Below are positions 8,189-20,740 of a stretch of DNA of 64,000 bases, one piece after another. The position numbers and the translations under genes are program-made. Under the pieces are notes generated by a model. The model had not been told where the DNA came from. It ran no database searches and was given only the letters and a program-made list of their open reading frames with translations. How positions within the stretch are numbered: position 1 is the stretch's first letter; each line of letters opens with the position of its first letter. The stretch is from the human T2T-CHM13v2.0 reference genome, Homo sapiens. Location: the NCBI RefSeq assembly GCF_009914755.1, contig NC_060938.1. One strand, written 5' to 3'.

Positions 8189-9471
8189 CCACCTTGGATG
8201 CCTTCCTCTTTGCTGTCAACTCCAGGCAGCAGCTGGCTCTGCGCTGGTTGACCCTGTGGACTTTGTGTAGGACCTGTGTCACTTGGCCTGTTAATTTTCC
8301 AGCTCCACTCTGTTCTGGGGGGCTTTGGAAGTGTGACGGAATGGCATCCCCAATTCCAGTGTCAGCGGGAGCACCCGCCATGCCCTTGCTTCCGGTTGGC
8401 ACATCCCCCAGGCTGGGCTGGCTCTCAGCTACCCGATGCTTATGTCATATTTGCACCCCTGGCCTGCCCAGACTACAGGAAGATGACCAGAGGCCTGTTT
8501 GCAGCTGACCTGGAGACTTAGTGACTCCAGAACATGCTGCCCATGCCCAGGGTCCAGGGCTGAAGGCAAGGAGCACCTCAGGAGTGACCCCAAAGAATGA
8601 GCTAAGGCTGTCCTTTATCACTCATTGTTGATCAGTGAGCTCCTGGGCTCGGGAGATCTTCCTGAGCTGGGCTCCTGTCATCCCCTAGTTGAGACGTCGC
8701 TGCCTTGGAAGTCACAGCCTGTGCCTGCCCTCCCCCTTGTCCTCCTCCTCGGGACCGCTCCTCTCCATGCCTAGCATGGGAGTGGGGATCCCTGGCACCA
8801 TCCCTCTGGGCTGCCTGCTCCCACTCTCCCTCAGCACCCCTCTTCCCCAGCCCCTGGGCCACAGCCCTGCTGGAGAGGCCGCCCCACAGGCTAGGTCCCT
8901 CCAGCCTGTGGCACTTGGGTCTCCCTCCAGTGCCCCTCCCTCTGCCAGGGAGAGCATTTCCAAGTGCAGAGTCCAGCTGTTTAACTCCGCTGCCCAGGGC
9001 ACCTCTGCAGGCCCCTTCCCTTGGGCTTGGTACCAAAATGATCCGAGGACCCCCCAGGCCCTCAGAGTGGCAGCCCCCCTCTTCTTTTGGAGCCACAGCC
9101 TATCCCCCACGTGTTTTCATCCTTCATTCTGGCCTTGCACATGCCCCTCCTTCCGGAGCTGGGTCCTGGGCCGCCCTGCTCTGCCCTCGGCTGCCTCCTG
9201 TCCAGGCTCTGGCCCTTCCTTCCTTAAAGGCCCACATCCTTTGCATTTTCCTTTCCCAGGGGTTCACAATTCCCAAGGGGATGGAATGGCTCTTGTTCAG
9301 CAAGGTCATCCCTGATAACCCTATAAAAGCAGCTCCCCTTGCCTCTTCCCTATCACGTTCTACCAGTTGCCCCGTTACTGTTTTCTTCCTAGCTTACAGT
9401 TCTCTGAAATTGCCTAATGTTAATGTCTACCTTCTTTGTGCCCTAGACTGTGAGATTTCTCATTGGCAGAA

Positions 9472-9473
<2 letters not shown>

Positions 9474-9538
<65 letters not shown>
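9474..9538. repeat. (TC)n microsatellite
   Basis: About 32 perfect TC units. Confidence 0.98.
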
Positions 9539-9541
<3 letters not shown>

Positions 9542-11296
9542 CCCTGCTGTGTTCAGTAGCAGAACAGTGAGTGTTTGTTGATTGACTAATGGAGTCCCCA
9601 AAGGCAGGGACCGGATCAGATGAATTCCCAGGCAGGTGCTGGGCACAAAGCAGGCAGTCAATAAGATGTGGTGATGGAGTACATGAATATGTTAATTGAT
9701 TTTTAGAAATTCTTCCCATTTGTTCAAAGCTGTTTGGTTTTCTAGCTTTTTCTGCCCTTCCAGGATGAGGCTGAGATTAGCTGCAGGAGGCACGAGTCAG
9801 TTGGGTCTGGGTTCTCTCTTCCACTTGTCGGGGGGTGGGGGCACCAAAGCCCCAGAGGAAGTGACAGGCCCTGTGTTCCCCTGCAGATGCCGACTGATCG
9901 CGCCCCCGCCCCTCCAGCAAACGCCCCAGCGCTGAGAGCCAAATGCTCTGGGGAACTCCATCTGCAACGGGCTGGAGCGTGGTGTTAGGGCTCATATTTT
10001 ATGCATGGGGCTGACTAAATGGGAACATTTGGAGATGAAAATTGCTGTTAATGCATCTACACATCTTTGGAATATATTAAATGTGTGTGTGAGGGGAAGA
10101 GTGACATTAGCCTTATTTAATAGCTTCAATATAACCATCCCCGCACACCACGGCGTTAACAGGCACGGCCCCCCCCCCGAGTCTCCCAGGCCACCACTCA
10201 GGAAGAGTGCTGGGTGCATCACGCGCCACTTGAGAATTAGGGGGTGAGTCCGGCGTCGGCCCGGCATGCAGCAGCGTGCATGTTCCCCGCCGATTTCTAA
10301 CCCAAACACAGTGACCCTGTGCCACTTGATGCAGAATTTCATTAAAAGCAAAAATGATTGATTTATCTATTGTTTGCGGAGAAGAAAAAATAAACAAAGG
10401 GCCTTTCTCATCAGATAAGCCAAATAAGAACGTGTGCCCCACAGGTGGCCAGGATGAAAGTCTCCATGGACCCTTCAACCAGAGGCTCTGTGACTTGTCC
10501 CGTCTTCAGTGCGGTGTGTAAACCCTGCCGCCGGTCCAAGTTCACGAGGTGTGCTCCCTTCTCCAGTGCAAGGGCCCGGTTTATCCCCACTATGTCTCCT
10601 GGACGTGGTTGGGAAATTGAACAACCTGGACCTCCGTTCCCATTTCCTTGTTGTTTCAGCGGGAGATAAGAGGAGAAGTAATAGCTGTCGTGTTGGGGCG
10701 CTTGCCTTGGTCCTGGGCCCCATCAGCTGCTGTGAGGAGACAGTTTCTTTTCCATAGTTGAGGAAATGGAGCGCAGAGAGGTTGAGTGAGTCAACCAAGG
10801 TCACCCAGCTGGAGGTGGGGCAGGGTCTGGCTCCAGGCTGTGTGCTCTCACCCACCCTGCTTGCACGGGCTTTAGGAATAGCCCCTGTGTCCTGGAAGAC
10901 AGATCGCTCACCGAATGGGCCTCTTTTCTTGGTATCATATGATGAGGTAGGCTCACTTTCCCCCAGACTTAGCTTGCCAGAATATTCATGGTTTTTTCTC
11001 TGTACTCACCTGTCATCTCTCCAACTTGGTGCCATCACCCATGAAGTGGGATGCTTTGGTGCGTGTCTGGCCTGGGGAGAGGGCTGCTTGCTTTGTCAGA
11101 AGACTCAAAGCATGATGGGCATCCAAATACCAAAGACCTATGTTGACCTGTGTTTTTCACTCCGCTTGATGGCAGTTGAGGGCTATATTCACTGCCTCAG
11201 TTGCATGGAGTGAACAAGACCTAGTGAAGGTGGTGGGTGCGCTGAGACCATCTGGTTGATCTCTCCTGGGTGGGACCAGGTGCTCCCCTCACCACC

Positions 11297-14200
11297 CCCA
11301 CCCTTGTCTGTGTACCACCACTCTGCACAGACACGTTGGCTGGTGCAGTCCTGGAGACCCACGGAGCTCACGGTCGTCAGGGGTCCTCAAGGATTCAGAG
11401 AACCCCCAAATGTCAGGGCTGCTCCCTTCTTGTCCTGCCTCTCTGCTCACACCCTTGGACAGGTAAGAAAACTGAGGTCCACAGAGGGCAGGGTGCATTG
11501 CTGTGGCTTTTGTTCTGAGCACTGTCTCCCCAGCTTTGGGGTTGAGACTCTGGGGTCAAGACCCACCTCTGATGAACGAGCGGCTTCCTTCTTTGTAAAA
11601 ATTGAGGCGACCCAGACCAAGAAGGGCTGCAAAATCACCAAGCCAGGACCTCAATACCCAAGGGGCTGGGGTTTCGGCCACCCTGTGGCAGAGCTTTTAG
11701 AAGCCAGGGCCCTTGGCTCGGCAGTGCTGGCTCATAGTAGGTGCTTAGTTCATGCCTGTCTCCTTGGATGAAATCTGACCATAGACACCAGTGCAAAGCA
11801 GGTGTTCAACACAGGAGGGTGTACTGAACCCGATCTCTCTATCACCAGGAGGAAGCACACGGGAGGCACTCAGAGAACGTTTGTGGAATGAATAAATAAA
11901 AGCATATTTTGAGGGAATAAAGAAGCAGAAAAACAAAGAAGAATCTGGGGAAGATGGGCATAAATCTCCACCAAGTGCTGCCAAGGCTTCCCAGGCGAGG
12001 CTGCTGAAAAGACCCTGTGGAGGTAGAGGGACAATTTGTCATGGATGGGAATGGGCTTGAGGGCCGGGAAGCAGGGCATGATGGGGCCTCATTCATCATT
12101 TTCCCGTTATCCCAGCAGCGTGCAGGGGAGCAGGTACAGCACCTGCCTGTGCAGCTGCACTGCCTGCCCGAAGGCCCTAGGCCCTGGGCCAAGTGAGTGA
12201 CCAGAGGGGGACTGGGAATGGAAAGGACCTCAAGGAAGGACAAGCTGAGCTCTGGGAGGCCACCTCCTCCAGGAAGCCTTCCCTGATTCATCCTTCACAG
12301 GCAGTCTCAATTTGCAGTCAGATATCCACTGCTCTGATTCTTAGATCAGCAAGTATCTCCCTACCCAGACTGCAGGCTCTGCTGGGGCCGCGGCTGTTTC
12401 TGACTTGTGCACAATGGCATCCCTGTACCTAGCACAGGACTGAGTCCAGAGAAAGTGCTCAGTGATGCTTGTTGGCCTTGTCTCTCCTCTGTGGGCAGCA
12501 CAGGGCACCCGGCGGGTCCTGAGGGTGTGGACATCCCACGGCAGAGCCTGCGGTTGATCCCGACCATGAACCAAGGCCTGGGGCGGGGGTGGCCACATCA
12601 GGCCACTTCTGCCAGGAGAGATGTGGCTGTGAGCTGGGGGTCTGGCCTGTCCCCGGAGGCATTCCTTGGGTTTGCATCCATCAGAAGATCCACTGGTTGC
12701 CTCTATTTGGGCCTGGAGCAGGGATGGGATTTTTCCAAGGTACATGGGGTCTAGGGGAGACCCAGGCCCATTATTAGGGTCGGTCTTGAGAAGGCAGAGA
12801 TCAGGCCACCACTTTATTTGGTGTAGCTCCTCGCTCCATTGGTGTGTGCTGAGTGAATGAATGCATCAGGGACTCCTGCTTCCTGCCCAGAGCCCCCTCC
12901 GCACCCCACACAGCCTTGCTCCAAGGAGAAGGGGTCAGAGCCAACTGGACAGTGCTACAGCATGGGGAGCCTCGACCAGGCTCGGCCCTCGACGATGGGA
13001 TAGGCAGACAGCCCCCTGTGCAAGGCAGCTAGCTTGCAGGGTCCCGAGAGGCCAAAGGCCCTGGTCTTTCCTGGGGCAAGAGGCTGCTGAGAAGGTGCAC
13101 AGAGCCTGGGTGCAGGAAACCATCCAGAATGCTGCTTCCCGCCATCTGTGAGATCTTCGTTTTCTCTAACACTCAAAAATAGATGTTTCTGTTATGCTCT
13201 CTCGTTGGCAGGGGAGCGGCAGGACCTGCCAAGGCCTGGGGGAGCCCGCCAGCCTGCTGAGTTCTACTGTACAAACAGTTGGGGAGGGGGCGCTGTCTCT
13301 GTTAACTTGAAATTCCCCGATCAGTAAACATGCCAATTTAAAGTGTAATTAACTCAGGCCGGAAAAAATTCAGATTTGGACTGCTTTTCACAGTTGAGGT
13401 TGTTTTTCTTTTATTTATTTATCTCTTTCCGGGTGTGGTGGTATCTGTGGCTGGTTTTAGCCAGGAAAAATAGAAGGGGGACCGGGTGGGGAGGGGGCTG
13501 GTTGGGAGAGGAAAGGCTGGAAGGAAAGGAAGAGAAACGGGCGGGTGGCCTGACACCCAGCAGCCAGGTGTCTATAGGTTTTCTGTCCTGGGAGGGGGCT
13601 GTCAGGGTGATGCCCGCCTGCAGAGAGGGGGTCATTCTGCGAGGTTGGGCTGCAGACCCCTGTGCCAGCGGGCCTGGTGATTCGGAAATGATGGGGCACT
13701 GTGGAGAGACCCCAGGAAAACACCCAGTGCTGCTTTTGACATTCTCTCTCCATCTCCCCTTTCAGCGGCTGCTCTGCCTGGGATAAACACATTTCAAGAG
13801 TCTCAGTCCCCGCTTTGCCACCATCTCCTCCTCTGATCTCCTTTCCTGCTTCAAAAGACTCCAGAATCTTCTCGGTTCTCAGAGAAGGCTGAATCCACCT
13901 ATGACCTAGTGGGAGCACCCTGTGCCGAAACTGTTTACCTTCTGGTCCCCGGAGCCATGGGTCACGACCTGGGCCTCATGTAGGCCCGCTCCTCAGCAGA
14001 CCCCAATCTGCGGCTTCTCCCACCTCACTGGGGAAGAAGGAGAGCCCTGGGGATGTGGAGAAGCCACCCCCCACCCCGCCACATCCCCCACATCTTACAG
14101 AATCTCGATTGAATCCCCGGGGGCACATCCCTCAGCAGGACAGCAACAGTCTTTGCCGCAGCCTGGGGAGGGCTGTGCTGGGGATGAGCGCCGAGTGGCC

Positions 14201-14340
14201 GTGGACTAAGTGAAGGAAATGACCATGCTCTTCTCCCAGCTGGATGGCGAGGCCGGGCAGGAACCGCGGAATTCCTGCTCTTCGTTTTCAAACACTTTGC
14301 TGTCAAGCTATTTGAATAATAAATACACATTATAAAAATG
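11297..14340 (+). ncRNA. MEG9: Probable MEG9 (MIRG) lncRNA terminal exons
   Basis: Position downstream of MIR656 is recalled from annotation. Sequence support: donor CAG|GTAAGA (11462/3), acceptor ...ttatcccag| (12115), donor AA|GTGAGT (12192/3), acceptor ...ctcccctttcag| (13765), poly(A) signal at 14318. Exon structure and 5' boundary are approximate. Confidence 0.55.
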
Positions 14341-14365
14341 TAAATATGTTTGTGTGTCTGTATGT
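14318..14365 (+). terminator. Polyadenylation signal with GU-rich downstream element
   Basis: AATAAA at 14318-14323, then TGTTTGTGTGTCTGTATGTT about 25 nt downstream. Confidence 0.7.
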
Positions 14366-17300
14366 TCGGAGATGATGTTTGTTAAGCGGGAGGTTTAACA
14401 ACGGAGGCCATCTGCCTTCAGCAGGGATTCGCACAGAATGTCACTGGCCTTCGCCCAACAAGCACTTTGCAGGGAGCAACCTCCTGAAGTCGGGGCTCAC
14501 TCCTGGGTCCCCCTCCACTGCATGCGAGCCCCCCGTTCCAAGGCAGGAGCCAGGGTCACGAAAATGCATGCTTCTTCATCAATCCGAGGTCTCAAACGGC
14601 TCCCCCAGCCCCACTGCCTGCCCGTTCCAGGCCTGGGGCTGGCAGCCTGGGCCCCACGAGGGGGCAGAGGCCAGAGCCCGGCGGCAGAGCCCGTGCCCAC
14701 GCCTCGCTGCTGCCAGCCTCCGCTTGGTCACGACACAGCCAGGCTGACTCAGACACAGCCCCAAGCGGGAGCCTCATAAATGACATCATTACCTATGAAA
14801 CCTGCCGTGTAGTGCGCTAGCAGGGAAGGACACACTCTGGCCGCCCGGTGACTCACACTGTTTTCCCCAGAGCCTTCCTGCTCCACCGCCTGGGTCTGAG
14901 CTGGCTGGGCAGGGGGAGGGGGCACTCAGCTTGGCCTCACTCCCCCGCTCTGCTGCAAATGCAAAAGCAATCGGCCAGGCAGCCACCATCCTGCTGAGGG
15001 CTGTGTGTGGGGGTGGCGGGGAGGAGGGGGGGCACCATCTCTCCGGCCTCCCTCTGCAGCCCCAGTGGCGCTCCAGAGGGACTGTCAGTTGCCTATGACA
15101 GGGGAGGAAACTGAGGCCTAAAGAGGCCCAATGCCTGGCCTCACAGATCCCACAGGGGAGGGTGGCTTCGGCTCATGCTGGGAACCCCCAGGGAGACCCT
15201 TCGGCGAACCCAGCCGCTGGGCAAAGCTGCAAAACCTCTGGCTGTTCCTGCTGGGCCTGAGACTCCAGCTTCTCCTGAGCTCCTTTGGTGCAGCCAACTC
15301 CTCCTGCTGAAAAACACTTCTACTCTTGAAAGTGGTGGCCTTGCCAACCCAAGATGTCCCCACCAGGTGGGGGGCACTGTAGGGGAATGCTAGTTTTTTT
15401 TTCTTCAATTAAAAAAAAGTAAAACAAATAAAATGGGACCTGTTGGGTATGGCCTTCAGAGTCGGAGGACTTGGGTTAAGATCCAGCCTTTGTCATTTAC
15501 TGGTACTGTGGTTTTCTTGTATCTGGCCTCCACCTCCTAGGCAGGATGAGAGTTAAATGCCTGTTAGGTTCACGTTAAACTGGGGCTCCCCCTCAGTGAT
15601 CCATGGTTGGGGAGGACCCCCACCAATCCTGAGGTCGCTGTGCACCTGCAGCCCAGACCTCACCCTGGCCCGGGGACCTGGCCTGATGGTCCAGCCCCCC
15701 ACACACTGCTGGCTCTGGGGCTGTGCCCTCCTGATACGCCCCCAGCACCTGATGGCATCCCCCAAACAGAACAAGAACCGCAAACAGCAACAGCCCGTTT
15801 TTGCTCTTAGGAAGCTCAGAGCAGCATCTATGCCAAAATCGTTCACACTCTGGTCCCCGGAGCTACAGGTCACAAGCTGGTCCTCACCCAGACCCGCTCC
15901 TCAGCAGCCTCCATCCCTGACCCTGGTTTCCTGGGGACTCTGCTCCGCTGACTTCTGAGCTGTGGGAGCTGTAAGGGAGAGGAGTGGGCCACAGACTTGA
16001 TGGGAGGATACAGAGGTAGAAATTCAAGTCAGGGCCACAGAGTTGTGTTCAAAACTGGGAACATGACCTGGGCTTGGCACAGAGCCTGGCGCCTGGGATG
16101 AGTGGAGAGGGAGAATTGGAGGGCACTGGGATTGGTAATCCTCAATGCATCTTAGGCAAATGAGCTCGGGGTCACAGGGCAGGATACATGGGACCAAGGA
16201 ACACTGGTCAGCCATCAGTGCTGTGACCCAGGCGGGCTTGAGGTACAGTGGGGGGTCCCAGGACTGGCAGGCCCCACAGAGTAGCCTTCCCTGAGTTTGT
16301 CTGAGCCAAAAATCCCAGCAAAGGGCTTTGTGGCCCGTTGCCACTTTCACCCTGGTAGCTCCACCCCATCTCCCCCTTTGCCATGAACTCACAGCTCTCC
16401 TGCGAGGCCACAACCCATGCCAAGACTTTCAATGGGTTAAGGAATGTGCACATCTCTAAATGACCACACGTGCCCTGTCATGTACACGTGCACACACACT
16501 GACATGCATTTGAGGAATGGGGGCATTCTCTGTGCCTGAGCAGAGGCCAGGGACCCTGGATGGGTAGGAAAGAGTCGAGGGAGTTGGGCAGCAGAAGCAC
16601 GTGCTGGTAGGGATGGCAAGGAGCCCTGGACGTTGGTGGTGGGTGGGTGCTGTATCAGGACCTGGGCTAGAAGAAAGGCTTGGGATCAGAGTGGACCCAG
16701 TTCTCTTTGAAGCATAGCTTTCTTCTGGTTCTTTGTAAGACCAAAGCAACTGACACCTGTGCAGCTGTCCCTGGGTGACTTTGTCTGATATCACACAGCC
16801 ACAGGACTCTCTCTCTGTCCCAGTCACTACTGAAGCTGACTCTGCGCTCTCTCCCCGGTGATGAGGCCTCTCTTCTCACAGATGGGTGATTTCTCACTCT
16901 CATCCAGTTCCCCTCCTGGCCACACTCATTTTCTTATTGAGGCGCAGGGGGTACCACCCCTGGTTTGGGGACTGTTCGGCTGGCCACACCCCCTCTTTGG
17001 TGGGTAGCAGAGGAAGTGACACTTCTGACTAAAAAGACTGGGGTCACACTGCCCAAGAATTGAGTGGAGTTTCTTGCACAGAAAGAGTTTGTTTTCCAAA
17101 AGACAAAGAAGTTTCTAAGCCTCAGGAAGGGATGCTGAAAAGTCAGTGGACTGAAGCTGGCCAGGTTTCACCCCCAACTTGGGCACTAACCCTGAGGATG
17201 GGTGTGGGGGCAAAGGTGGCATCAATGCTGCCAGAGCCTCATGCTCCAACACACCGGAGCCACTAGCCCAGCTCGCCCATGCCTGTGACCTTGGGGCTGT

Positions 17301-18849
17301 CACTTGAACCCTCTGGGCTTCCGTGTCCTCATAATAGGATCTGGGTTCTTGAGAGAGAGACACCAAAGCATGCCCGGAACAGAGCCCAGCAGCCCACTCC
17401 TCCTCCGTCACCCCAGGCCTCTCTGCCAACCTTCTCTGCCTCTCCCATTTCAGCCCCATACCTGGTTTAGACCCTAGGGGGATGCTGGGTGCACAGAACA
17501 GACCACCTGCGCTTGGGCCATGGCTGCTGGGTACTGGCCTCTTCCCTAATGAGGGAGGAAGGAGTGAGGAGAGCCCTCAGAGGGGCCATGGGCAGTCCCG
17601 GGGTGCAGAGGCTGAGTCCCGAGGAAGTGGGGGCTCCTGCCGCCTCTCCGCAGGGTCCTGGCTGTGTCAGGTGGGGCTGTTGTTTCTCTCGTCTGCTGTC
17701 ATCTTCCCTTTGCCATTTCCCTCGCGGGGCTGACATTTTCCTGGCAGGTCCAGGAGGAAGGAGGGTGACAGCTGCACAGACAGCCCCGGTGAGGGGGCAA
17801 GCCCGGCCTGTACTAAGGCTGTCTCTTCCCCCCGCTTGGGGAAAAGAACGGGTGCAGACCACCCCTTCCATGGAGGGGTAACTTCATGGGTTTCCCCCGA
17901 AAACCCCAAAACTTGGAACTGCTGCGGGGTTTCCACCTACCCTGCCTGTGTCCGGCACAGAGCAGCCTCCAACGGTCGCCTAAAAGGCGGGCAGCAGTCC
18001 CGTTTGTCTCCAATATCCTCCCTCTCCAGGATTCTCAGAGCACTTGTGATGGCAGCAAACTGAGTCTCAGCGAGGGGTTCACTGGCCCTGCACGGCTCCC
18101 GGCACTTTGTAACCTATAACGAGACGAGGACCGTGAGGATGTATTCATATTTCACGCATTCAGCTTCTATTTAACTATGTCTCCGAGCACGCGTGCTCTG
18201 AACTATGACCCCACAGAGAGACCACCACCTCCCCGCAACTGCCTGGCAGGGCGCACCAGGCTGCAGAGACAAAGGAATGGGACCTTTAGAAGCCTGGACC
18301 AGTTACTGGCACTGGGCGCCCACCTCTGGGTTGGGGAAAATGCCGTGTGCCCAGTGCAGCCCCAAGATGCTTCCTGGCCAAGAGGACCCCGTTCGTCAAG
18401 GCCTTTACACCCCTTATCTCCCCCAATGCCCTTTCCTGGCAGCCAGCCAGTGGTTCCACCTTTCCCCTTTTCAGCCAAAAAAAAGTAAACGCAGGCCAGA
18501 GAAGCCACCTGCCTGCGGTCCCACAGCCCGAGGTGGAGGCGGAGGGGGTGCTGCCACTCCAAATCTGGGCGCCCCCACCCCAGTGCCCCCCTCCCGAGAA
18601 TAGAGCCCAGAGCCAGAAGAAATCCGCCCTTGGGGCCAGGCTGGGTGGACATGGAGAGGGGGTAGAGGAATGCCGGCGGGAGGTACTGAAGGCTGCGGGG
18701 GTGAGGGGGGTTGAGGGGTCCCCAGGGGTCCCTGCCCTGCAGTTCTTTGGGGTTCACAGATTGGAAAAGCTGGTGCCCTTCTGAGGGTGGGTGGGGGTGG
18801 CGGCAGAGGCAGAATAAAACCCCCTCCCCTAGAGCCGGGGTGGCTCAGC

Positions 18850-19450
18850 GGAATCATCGAGAATGAGACCGCTGGTTGCTAATGGGCTTGGGGAAAATGG
18901 GATGCAATTTCCCCGGTGTTTTTCAGGCCCAGAGCTATTGAATAAATGAAGTGCGCGCCGGCGGAGTCAGTAACTCACTGCGCGGCTCCCGGCAGGCGGG
19001 GGCGGAGTGGGGGCCGCAGAACCGGACGTGCCTGGCGAGGTTCAGAGGCGCTAGCGGTGTGGTGGGTGGGCAGCGCCGGGATGGCTGGAGGGAGGGGCTA
19101 CGGGGGGAGGCGCTGCCGATCCCACACTGATCTGGCGGGGAGGAGGGAGGGGCGGATGGGGTTTGCTGGAGAACTTGACCTTGCTTCGCTCCCCTCAAGG
19201 GGCAGCTGCTGGGAGACCAAGTGTCACCGGCTGGCAATCAGGGCCCCAAGCCTGGAGACTTCTGGACAAGCGGAGGCAAGCCGACCATGACGGCTTGGGT
19301 GCAGGGAGCAGGTGTCTGAGCCTTTGACGTAGACTTCCCGAGCCCCCACTGCACGGTGCAGGGGAGGGGCGGCGCAGGGAGGAGAGCGGGTTTCCGAGAG
19401 CCGCACATTTACCAGACATCACAGCCACCCCTCCGCTGAGCTGGGGGCTG
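18850..19450. promoter_or_regulatory. CpG-rich promoter-like island
   Basis: Dense CpG (GCGCGCCGGCGG, CGCGG), GC boxes GGGGCGG near 19000, 19150 and 19366, and a TGACGT CRE-like site at 19325-19330. Confidence 0.6.
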
Positions 19451-20740
19451 CTCTGGGTTCGGGATCTGCAGCTCACAGAGCCCCTGCAACGCTGTCCCAC
19501 CCCCAGCCTCCAGAAGAGGATGGAGGACTGCCAGACCGGCTCAGGCCTGGGGGGGGGGGGTGAGGGGCTGCCGTGGGCTTCAGGGCCCCCACACCCTGTT
19601 GGAGCACCCTAGGGGGACGGCAGACCGCCTCGCTCTCTGCCTGGTTCCTCTGGGTATTTGCTGGGTGACCCTGGGCAGACTCCTGGTTTCTCTGGGCCTC
19701 CAGTTTCCAGGTGGAAAATGGACCATGCACCCATTGGGTCCTCCTGGCTCCAGCTGTTCACCTCTGTGCTCATGCAGACACTCACTCCACTCCGTTGGCC
19801 CCATAATTTCCAGAGCCCCCAGCATCCACTTTGGACCCTTGTTCAAGAAAGCCCCCAGCTCTGAGTAGCTAGGCTCTTCTCACACCTTCTAGAACACACA
19901 GCCAAGCCAATGAGGGGGACAGGTGCTCCCCCAAGATCTTTCTCCCAGCCCCAGTGAGGTCCATGGGAGTCCTCCTCTTTCTCACTCTCAGTACCCCCAC
20001 TCTTTTGACTCTAGGGGATCTTCCCCTCCTTCCAAAGCCCCAGCCCCCTTCCTCCAGGAAGCTGCCGGAGGGTGCAGGGAGCTGTATAAGCCTGGACCAA
20101 CAGAAGGGTAAAAATGCTTGAAAAATTTAGATCTCAGGATCCCGGCCTTCTAAAGCCAAAACTTCGTACAAAAGATATCATGGAGTGACAGCAGATCTGA
20201 GTTGGTGGCTCAGTGGGGCTTGGCACAGGGTACACTGGGATGAATGCCTGATCCCAAGAGCCACTAAGCCCACCTGCTTGCCCACAGTTCCCGAATGTCT
20301 CTGGGGAGACCCCACCTCCCCTGCTGGGCACTGCACCAAACTCTGGGTCCCCAGGGAAAATGCTTCTGAACTGCAGTTTCCACAAATGCAAGAGGACCAA
20401 AGGCTGCGTATCTGCTCTGCAGCACGCCTGTGCCTGTGGCTCCTTGGTGGGCAGGGCTCGCTGTACAGGGTGCTCACCCTTGCCTTTCCCGAGAGCAGGG
20501 CAGGGCAGAGCACTAGAAGATGGTCTCGCCCAAGGCTCTTCCCCCTGGGAGGACGGCAAGCCCGATGTGTCTCCATTGGTGGGGAGCTTGGGGGTGGGGG
20601 TGGGGTGGCGCTTCTGTGCTCCGGTGCCCCACAGGCCTCACCTCATCATTCCCAGGCATCTCATCTCATTTCCAGATAAGCGCAGAGTGATGACACCGTA
20701 AGCCCAGAGCCCCACAGCTGGGGTCAAAGCCCTTCAGTCC

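Noticed and set aside
600-8210. Repeat-spacer periodicity suggestive of CRISPR
   Set aside because: Mammalian DNA, degenerate and irregularly spaced units, and no cas genes; explained by miRNA-unit amplification.
1-8300. C/D-box snoRNAs (SNORD113/114 type)
   Set aside because: These lie upstream of the miRNA cluster; I saw no convincing box C...box D unit with a terminal stem here.
8632-9559. Overlapping 150-284-aa ORFs
   Set aside because: GC-rich low-complexity DNA plus (TC)n, with no recognisable domain; open frames on both strands are expected by chance.
11890-11901. AATAAATAAAA as the transcript end
   Set aside because: It lies in an L2-like 3' tail within a putative intron and lacks a GU-rich downstream element; the 14318 signal is better supported.
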